Assembly: GCA_045545475.1 (NCBI GenBank)
Contig: JAZQAZ010000031.1
Span: forward strand, 25,164 to 89,163
DNA from: Clostridia bacterium
Lineage (GTDB): Bacteria; Bacillota; Clostridia; CAKSNL01; HGM11501
DNA: 64,000 bases
Direction: 5' to 3'
Shown: positions 46,689 to 53,866 of the stretch, one piece after another
Layout: each line of letters opens with the position of its first letter
Position numbering within the stretch: the first letter of the stretch is position 1
Translations under genes and position numbers: made by a program
Notes under the pieces: generated by a model
The model's database searches: none
What the model saw: the letters and a program-made list of their open reading frames with translations, nothing else
Told to the model about the DNA's origin: nothing

Positions 46689-47471
46689 TCAGCCGCCTAT
46701 CTGACATTTTAATCCTGCGGACTCGGCAACGCCCTTAAGCATTTCCATATGCTCGTCCGTGGGAGGCAGGATGTCCTTAAGCTCGTATTCACGGCCAAGA
46801 CCTGCGTATTTGTCAGCCCCTAAGCGGTGATAGGGGAGAAGGTGAATTTCCGTAACGCCCGTCAGAGTTTTTGCGAAGGTGGCGATATCCCTTATTTCTT
46901 CGGGAGTATCGTTAAAGCCGGGGATTACGGGAACTCTTACGGTTAATTTTACACGCTCTGCAATTTTGGGAGCGTTTTCAAGAATTCTCTCGTTTGGCTG
47001 AGTTGTGAACTTCTTATGCTTTTCGGAGTTCATATGCTTTATATCCATAAGGTAGTAGTCAAGGTGGGGGAGAATTTTCTGAATTGTGGAAAAGGGGGCA
47101 AAGCCCGTAGACTCAATTGCCGTGGTAAGGCCGTTTTCCTTTGCGGCTGCAAGGAGTGCTGCTGCAAAATCAGCCTGAAGAAGGCTTTCGCCACCCGACA
47201 GGGTAAGGCCGCCGCCGCTTCGTCTGAAATAAATTCTGTCCTTTAATACCTCGTCTATAACCTCACGGACGGTAACGTCTCTGCCCACAACCTTTGTTTT
47301 TCCGCCGAGAGTCATATTCTGTATTTCAAATGACTGGGATTCAGGATTACAGCACCATTTGCATCTTAAGGCACAGCCTTTAAGGAAAACGATGGTGCGG
47401 ATTCCCGGTCCGTCGTGTACGGAGAATTTCTGAATGTCAAAAATTCTTCCTTTTACATCGTATTTATCCAT
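46689..47471 (-). CDS. Glycyl-radical activating enzyme (radical SAM), short form
   Basis: HDGPGIRT..FLKGCALRCKWCCNPES, TLSGGE, LLPYH; no ferredoxin insert. Confidence 0.93.
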   Translation of the reverse strand: MDKYDVKGRIFDIQKFSVHDGPGIRTIVFLKGCALRCKWCCNPESQSFEIQNMTLGGKTKVVGRDVTVREVIDEVLKDRIYFRRSGGGLTLSGGESLLQADFAAALLAAAKENGLTTAIESTGFAPFSTIQKILPHLDYYLMDIKHMNSEKHKKFTTQPNERILENAPKIAERVKLTVRVPVIPGFNDTPEEIRDIATFAKTLTGVTEIHLLPYHRLGADKYAGLGREYELKDILPPTDEHMEMLKGVAESAGLKCQIGG

Positions 47472-49981
47472 TAAAATCCACCCTGTTCGGTACGTTTGAT
47501 AATGTCATCCTGCAAGGATTTTGAAAGTGTGGTGAAGAGTGCGGAATAACCTGCAACTCTTACAACCAAGTTTTTGTAGTTTTCGGGATGTGCCTGAGCA
47601 TCAAGAAGTGTTTCACGGCTTACTACGTTAAACTGCATATGGCTGCCCTTCTGATCGAAGTAACCTCTTACCAGTGCAACGAAGCTTTCAAGACCGCTCT
47701 GTCCTTTGAGTGCAGAGGGATGGAACTTCATATTGAAGAGTGTTCCGTTGGAAGCTATAAAGTGGTCAAGTCTTGAAACTGAGTTGGCTGATGCTGTGGG
47801 GCCTTTAACGTCACGTCCCGCAACGGGGGATACACCATCTGCAACGGGAGTGTAAGCTCTTCTTCCGTCGGGGGTTGCACCTGTCTGTGCACCGAGGGGC
47901 ACGTTTGCAGATACGGGGTAAAGACCTGCGTGGAACATACCGCCTCTGGGATTTTTGAACTTTTCAAGGGGCTTTGTATAGGTGTATGCTACCTCACGGG
48001 CAATGGCGTCAACCTCCATAATGTCATTGCCGAACTTGGGAAGTGCTTCGATTGCCTCAAGTAATGCGGCATACTTTCCGTTTCCTGCACCTTTTGCCTT
48101 TTTGAATATTTCGGCAATCTGGTTATCTGTGATTTCCATACCGCCGGATACAAGCTGACGAACGATTTCTGTTGTAATCTTTGTTGCATCCTCATCGGAA
48201 ATGCCTTCACCGAAGTTATCGTCCATAGCGTTCTTGAAGTCAGCAAGTGTGAACTTCTTTTCTTCAAATACAAGCTTCTTTATTGCATAGCAAGCGTCTG
48301 CCATATTTGCGATACCGAAGCCCTGAGGACCTGTGAAGTTGTAAACTGCGCCGCCTTCCTGAGCAGATTTTCCTCTGCCTATGCAGTCTTCAATCATTGA
48401 AGACAAGAAGGGAAGGGGGCAACGCTTTGCGTGAGCCACGTCAATTGCGTTATCTGCATTAACCATAAGGCGGATTGCATAGCTCATCTGCTTTTTATAA
48501 GCATTGAAGAATTCTTCGTATGTTGTAAATTCTGTTACCTCGCCGGTCTTGGGGCCAACCTGAACGCCCTTATCCATACCGTTGTGGAAGGTAAGCTCCA
48601 TAATACGGCACATATTGAAGAATGCGGCGTCATGCCAGCCTTCTGTCTTACCGGACTTCTGAGGCTCAACACAACCGATGATGTTGTAGTCTCTTGCGTC
48701 CTCCATTGTAAGACCGCGGGAAACCAGGGCAGGGATTATAACCTCGTCATTATAGTATGCGGGAAGACCGTAGCCCAGTCTTGTGAGCTTTGCTGCCGCC
48801 ATTAAGAACTCGTGGGGGGAACCGTTCCATACTCGAACAGAGAAGGAAGGCTGGGGGAGTGCAACGTGCATTGTTGCATATATTGTCATAAAGGAAAGCT
48901 CGTTTGTAGCGTCCAATCCTTCTTTTGTCTGACCGCCGGCAATTAAGTTCTGGAATAAGCTGTAGCCTGCAAAGCCTTCTGCACTTGCGGCGTCTCTGAC
49001 TTTGGTAAAGTCGTTGAGCTTAACCCATACGCAGTCGATTAATTCCTGTGCTTCTTCCTGAGTGATTGCACCCTTTTCTATGTCAGCTTTATAATAAGGA
49101 TACATATACTGGTCGAAACGTCCGGGAGAGATGGAGTGACCGGAGGATTCTGTCTGGATCAAAAGCTGAACAAACCAGAAAGCCTGACAAGCTTCACGGA
49201 AGCTCTTTGCACCGTTTTCAAGAGCGTTGTCGCAGGCTGCTGCTATGTCCAAAAGCTCTTTTCTTCTTACGGAATTACCTTCTCTGTCAGCCATTTCTCT
49301 TGCAAGAGATGCATAACGCTTGGAATATTCGATGGCACCCTTCAAGCTTTCAATTACTGCACGGAGGAAAGCTGACTTTTCTATATAATCTTCGCAGGCA
49401 ACGCACATTTCGGAAAGTGCTTTTTCTGCCTTTGCCATAATTCCCTTAAGACCGATTGCAAGAACTTCGCCGTAGTTTACCGTTACGTGGCCTACGCCGT
49501 TGTAGAAGTAGTTACCGGGAGTGAAGATGTTATGCTCCATAGCTGTTAAGGTTTCCTTTGCCATGGTAGCTTCTGCAAGCTCGGAAGAAGTCTTGCCCTT
49601 CCAGTAGGAATATGCGTCACGGAGACGTGTCTTTGTTTCCTCGGAAATCTTAAAGGGGTCTGCACTTCTTGTTTCAACTGTGTCAAACTCATCCAAGAGC
49701 CACTGATAAGAAAATTCGGGGAAGGTCTGACATCCTCTTGAAACCTTTGTGGCACTGCCTACGATTAATTCCTCGTCACGGATGGTGATGGGAATGTTAC
49801 GGAGAATGTGACAGAATGCCTTTGCACGTCTCTCTATAATAGGAAGGTTTTCCGTCTGCTTGTAGGATTCTGTTAAAAGAACGGCACGGTCAGCTTCAAT
49901 TTCGGGCATCTTCTTAAAAAGATTTTCGATTAAGCGGCCAATTCTTTCGCTTCTTTCTGTTTCTTTAATTGTAAAGTTCAT
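47471..49981 (-). CDS. Glycyl-radical 1,2-propanediol dehydratase (B12-independent)
   Basis: GCVEP, RVAGYSA, GVGH, SGHS, WHDAAF, FAGYSLFQN, GLYPVSAN; BMC and aldolase context; ATG 49981 after AAAGGA. Confidence 0.85.
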   Translation of the reverse strand: MNFTIKETERSERIGRLIENLFKKMPEIEADRAVLLTESYKQTENLPIIERRAKAFCHILRNIPITIRDEELIVGSATKVSRGCQTFPEFSYQWLLDEFDTVETRSADPFKISEETKTRLRDAYSYWKGKTSSELAEATMAKETLTAMEHNIFTPGNYFYNGVGHVTVNYGEVLAIGLKGIMAKAEKALSEMCVACEDYIEKSAFLRAVIESLKGAIEYSKRYASLAREMADREGNSVRRKELLDIAAACDNALENGAKSFREACQAFWFVQLLIQTESSGHSISPGRFDQYMYPYYKADIEKGAITQEEAQELIDCVWVKLNDFTKVRDAASAEGFAGYSLFQNLIAGGQTKEGLDATNELSFMTIYATMHVALPQPSFSVRVWNGSPHEFLMAAAKLTRLGYGLPAYYNDEVIIPALVSRGLTMEDARDYNIIGCVEPQKSGKTEGWHDAAFFNMCRIMELTFHNGMDKGVQVGPKTGEVTEFTTYEEFFNAYKKQMSYAIRLMVNADNAIDVAHAKRCPLPFLSSMIEDCIGRGKSAQEGGAVYNFTGPQGFGIANMADACYAIKKLVFEEKKFTLADFKNAMDDNFGEGISDEDATKITTEIVRQLVSGGMEITDNQIAEIFKKAKGAGNGKYAALLEAIEALPKFGNDIMEVDAIAREVAYTYTKPLEKFKNPRGGMFHAGLYPVSANVPLGAQTGATPDGRRAYTPVADGVSPVAGRDVKGPTASANSVSRLDHFIASNGTLFNMKFHPSALKGQSGLESFVALVRGYFDQKGSHMQFNVVSRETLLDAQAHPENYKNLVVRVAGYSALFTTLSKSLQDDIIKRTEQGGF

Positions 49982-50000
49982 ATAAGTCAATCCTTTCTTA

Positions 50001-50696
50001 TCAGATTAATTTTCTAATTTCGGTATCCATTCCGGTTACCACCTTGTCCGCCGCCTTCTTAACGGCAGGGAGGGCGTTTGCCACGGCATAGGATGTTCCT
50101 GATGCTTCGAACATTGGTATATCGTTTAAGTTATCTCCGAAGGAAGCACAATCTTCTTTCGGGATATCAAGATGTCTTAAAAGATTTTTCAGGGCGATGC
50201 CCTTATCAACTCCGAAGGCGATGTATTCCTTCATTGACCTGTCTTCGTAAACAAGGGGCAAATCGTCATATTTTATTTTTGTATAGTCCGTTATTTTGTA
50301 AATCGGCTCGTCGGGGAAATTTGCATCAAGCACCTTGACGTGGTTATGATACTGCTTTAAGATTTTTCTTGTTAAAAGAGCATCCTTTGTTTTGATGTAG
50401 GTTAAATATTTCCCGTGAAGAGCAAAAGAATCGGACGTGAAAGTTTTTGTTATGGGAAATTCTGACAGAGTTTCTTCCTTATATATAGTCTGGGCTCCGT
50501 CGTTTGCCATAAAGTAGATATCATTTTCAAATGGGGCAAAGAACTTTTTCAGCTCCGCATAGGTTCTGCCAGACGATACGGCAAAGGCTACATTATTTGA
50601 AAGTATGTATTCGATGGCTGAAAGAATGTTTCTGTTAAGCTCTTTCTCGCCGCGTTTTAAAATCGTTCCGTCAAGGTCTGACACAACCAGCTTCAT
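50001..50696 (-). CDS. Cof-type HAD phosphatase (subfamily IIB)
   Basis: SDLDGT, SSGR, DKG, FGDNLNDIPMF. Confidence 0.88.
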   Translation of the reverse strand: MKLVVSDLDGTILKRGEKELNRNILSAIEYILSNNVAFAVSSGRTYAELKKFFAPFENDIYFMANDGAQTIYKEETLSEFPITKTFTSDSFALHGKYLTYIKTKDALLTRKILKQYHNHVKVLDANFPDEPIYKITDYTKIKYDDLPLVYEDRSMKEYIAFGVDKGIALKNLLRHLDIPKEDCASFGDNLNDIPMFEASGTSYAVANALPAVKKAADKVVTGMDTEIRKLI

Positions 50697-50747
50697 GAAA
50701 AGGCTCCTTTCCTAACGTTTTGGAATAAGGATATTCCGCTAATATAT

Positions 50748-50776
50748 ATAATACAACATATCTTCACAAAAGTCAA
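50748..50776 (-). promoter_or_regulatory. SigmaA promoter of the HAD-dehydratase operon
   Basis: TTGACT-17 bp-TATTAT on the minus strand. Confidence 0.65.
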
Positions 50777-50851
50777 GAGAAACTAACAAAAATAAAAAGA
50801 AAAACACAGAAAACCAAAAAAATGGGGATTTGGGTGGTAAGAACAAGCATT

Positions 50852-50992
50852 AAAACAGCTTTTTCTGCGGCTATTTTGCAAAACCCGATTTGGGTTTTGA
50901 TGTCTTTTGTTTCACAAAACTGTTCGGCGATTTGCCTCACGGTCGTTTTGTAAAACTCTCGCAGAAAAATTCCTTTGTGGGAATTTTTCTGC
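50852..50992. other. Cluster of four stem-loops in a divergent intergenic region
   Basis: Stems at 50852-50877, 50879-50899 (8 bp), 50909-50956 (12 bp, 1 mismatch) and 50961-50992 (13 bp perfect). Confidence 0.7.
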
Positions 50993-51031
50993 TAAAAGTC
51001 AATATAGTTCAAAAACAAGCCAATATAGTGC

Positions 51032-51060
51032 TTGAAAATTGCAAAATATTTTGATAAAAT
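51032..51060 (+). promoter_or_regulatory. Extended sigmaA promoter for the 51091 operon
   Basis: TTGAAA-17 bp-TAAAAT with TGn. Confidence 0.6.
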
Positions 51061-51090
51061 ATAGTTAAGTGTATAAAAGGAGGTTTTTTA

Positions 51091-53853
51091 ATGAAAAGAT
51101 GTTTATGCTTCATCCTTTCCGTACTCATGGTTATGTCCATGGCAGTACCCGCACTGGCAAAAGGGGTTACACTGTCAGTTTCTGAGTACGATAAGGAAAA
51201 AACTATAGGGGTTGATATTTCGGGAGGTAAAACCACCTTCTGGTCTCCCTATGACCCAAAAAACGGAAAGCTCTGCTTTTCAAGTGTTGACTTAACGGGA
51301 GTAAAATCCGTGAGAGTAAGTGCAAGTCAGGTTGACTCTCTTGCGAAAAAGGGCAACGGCGAAATTTTAAGAATTTATATTGACGACCCCGTGGGCGGAG
51401 AGTGCATCGGATATATCAACATCATGTCCGATGTTCTGGATAAAAAGGAATACGGCGGTAATATAAAGGAAGTTTCAGGCAAGCACGATGTATATTTGTG
51501 CCAGACCTACAACGAAACAGGTACATATCTTACCGTTTACGATGTGACCTTTTCGGAAGAAGAATGGGTGAGAAAAAGCGTAACTCCCGTTCCGGATTCT
51601 GCTATAGTTGACAATTACAGCGATACATGGACAGCGGTTGACAATGTGGGAAGAAAGCTTGCAGACTTTGAAGAAACAGGTCCCGTCAAGGAAGGCACTC
51701 ACAAAATTGCCATGTTCTACTGGGACTGGCATATCGGAAGCAACTCAAAAGCAAAGATTATTCCCGAAGTAATCAAGGCAAACCCTGAAGCAAAGGATGA
51801 CTATTACCATTCCGAGTGGCAGGGCGCTTCCTGCTACTGGGATGAACCCATCTACGGCTTTTACACTTCCTTTGATTACTTCGTATACCGCAAGCAGGCG
51901 GAGCTTATGTCTGCTGCCGGGGTTGATGCAATTTTCTTCGACTACACCAACTATCAGAATTGCTATGCTTATCCTATGACAGTTTTACTTAACGCATTCC
52001 ATGATGCAAGAGCTGCCGGGGTTGATGCTCCGAAAGTGAGTGCATATCTTCAGATGGGCTGGGATGCTGAAAACCGCTTCAACAGCTTAAAGGCAATGTA
52101 CTATAACTTCCACGCTTATGATGATTACAAGGACTTGTGGTTCACCGTGGACGGAAAGCCTATGCTTGTTCAGGTAAGAAGTAATGAAATTTACTGGGCG
52201 GTTCGAGAGGGTGATAAGGCAGAACGTGAAATGGCTGACTTCCTTTTAGATTTTTATACCATAAGAGGACACGGAAACAGGGCAACCGGACCGTCTTCTC
52301 CCGACGAAAAGAGTTGGCTGTGGCTTGAAAATTATCCCCAGTATGAATGGGGATTGACCGAGGACGGCAGAGTAGAGTGCATGGGCCTCGGTATGGCAAT
52401 AAATGAATCCACCGTATTCGGTTCTGCGGGAACTGGTGTATTCTCAGATCCTTACTGTAAGGGTAAGAGCTATACGGAAGCCTTCGGTGAAGATTATTCA
52501 GAAGGTGCATTCCATCAGGGTTATTTCTTTAAGGAACAGGCATCACGTGTGCTTGATACAGATCCGGCCTATGTTTTTGTTGACGGATGGAACGAGTGGA
52601 ATACCGCAAGATCACTTAACTACGGCGGACAGGCTAATGCATTTATCGACCTTTATGACTCTGAAAACAGCCGTGACTTTGAGCCCACCAAAGGTGAGCT
52701 TAAGGATGATTATTATATGCTCCTTACAGACTTTTCAAGAAAGTATAAGGGAACCCGCCCTGCACCTGTGGCATCTTCTGAGATTACGATTGATATAACA
52801 GGCGATGCATCGGCGTGGGCAGAGGTTACCCCGGAATTTATCAATACCGACGGCGGTTATGAACGTGATGCTGACGGCTTTCTTGATAAGGATGGAAACA
52901 GGCTTCATTATACAACCGAGGTTATAAACCACATTGTAAGAAGCAAGGTTGCAAGGGATAAGGACAATTTCTATTTCTACGTTGAAACAGAAAAGGATAT
53001 TGTTACAACTCACAAAAATGCAATGGTTCTCTACATTAATACAGACCGCAACAAGGCAACGGGATGGGAAGGCTATGACTATGCTCTTAATCTTGATGGT
53101 ATGGGCGTGCTTTCATCCTTTAGCGGAAATAAATTTGAAACTGCACCTTTAGGAAATGTTGAATATACCGTTTCAGGTAACGTAATGCAGGTTAAAATTC
53201 CGAGAACATTAATTGGCGAAACAGGAATGGCCGAGCTTGAATTCAAGTGGACAGATAATATCGATGCCAAAGGCGAGCTTATGAACTTCTACACAGAAGG
53301 CTCATCGGCACCGGTCGGAAGATTTAACTATCTCTATACAGAAATTACTCAGACGGCATTGCGTGATGCAGAGCGTAACAAGCTTTGCGATACAACAATC
53401 CTTAAGGCCGGTAGCCAAAAGATGATTGTTGATGGTGCAAAGATGAATGTTTACGATGCAGACATAAGGGTGTCGGCATATGAAACAAACGGCACACTTT
53501 ATGTTCCCATGACTGCGATGGAGGAATTTATGGGTTACGGCGAGACAAAGATTACCTATGATTATCTCCTTAACATGCTTTACATAAAAACACATGAATT
53601 AACAAATCGTGAAATAACTGATTTTCAATGGATTAATACGGTGCTTGGAACAAATGTGGCTTTTGTAGACGGAAAAGAAACCGTGATTTCCAACGCTGTA
53701 ACCGTAAATAACGGAATTATTTATATTCCTGTGTCAATTCTTTCCGAGTGCTTCGGATGGAGTGTAAACTCCATTGGTGACGGAGTATATGTATTAAGTC
53801 AGCACGAGGCAGAAGTGGAAACAGCAAAAAGCGTGCTTTCACATCTTAATTAA
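51091..53853 (+). CDS. Secreted modular glycoside hydrolase: CBM6-like + GH99/GH71-like barrel + beta-sandwich + stalk domain
   Basis: Signal peptide; VSGKHDVYL (CBM6-like); MFYWDWH, YWDEPIYGFY, AGVDAIFFD, DGKPML, GWNEW, RDFEP; LYVPM / IYIPV stalk repeats. Confidence 0.7.
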   Translation: MKRCLCFILSVLMVMSMAVPALAKGVTLSVSEYDKEKTIGVDISGGKTTFWSPYDPKNGKLCFSSVDLTGVKSVRVSASQVDSLAKKGNGEILRIYIDDPVGGECIGYINIMSDVLDKKEYGGNIKEVSGKHDVYLCQTYNETGTYLTVYDVTFSEEEWVRKSVTPVPDSAIVDNYSDTWTAVDNVGRKLADFEETGPVKEGTHKIAMFYWDWHIGSNSKAKIIPEVIKANPEAKDDYYHSEWQGASCYWDEPIYGFYTSFDYFVYRKQAELMSAAGVDAIFFDYTNYQNCYAYPMTVLLNAFHDARAAGVDAPKVSAYLQMGWDAENRFNSLKAMYYNFHAYDDYKDLWFTVDGKPMLVQVRSNEIYWAVREGDKAEREMADFLLDFYTIRGHGNRATGPSSPDEKSWLWLENYPQYEWGLTEDGRVECMGLGMAINESTVFGSAGTGVFSDPYCKGKSYTEAFGEDYSEGAFHQGYFFKEQASRVLDTDPAYVFVDGWNEWNTARSLNYGGQANAFIDLYDSENSRDFEPTKGELKDDYYMLLTDFSRKYKGTRPAPVASSEITIDITGDASAWAEVTPEFINTDGGYERDADGFLDKDGNRLHYTTEVINHIVRSKVARDKDNFYFYVETEKDIVTTHKNAMVLYINTDRNKATGWEGYDYALNLDGMGVLSSFSGNKFETAPLGNVEYTVSGNVMQVKIPRTLIGETGMAELEFKWTDNIDAKGELMNFYTEGSSAPVGRFNYLYTEITQTALRDAERNKLCDTTILKAGSQKMIVDGAKMNVYDADIRVSAYETNGTLYVPMTAMEEFMGYGETKITYDYLLNMLYIKTHELTNREITDFQWINTVLGTNVAFVDGKETVISNAVTVNNGIIYIPVSILSECFGWSVNSIGDGVYVLSQHEAEVETAKSVLSHLN

Positions 53854-53866
53854 GGAGGCGATATAA

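Noticed and set aside
47471-49981. GRE as pyruvate formate-lyase or choline TMA-lyase
   Set aside because: Single Cys in GCVEP (PFL has CC); His/Asp motifs GVGH, SGHS, WHDAAF and the aldolase context fit a diol dehydratase
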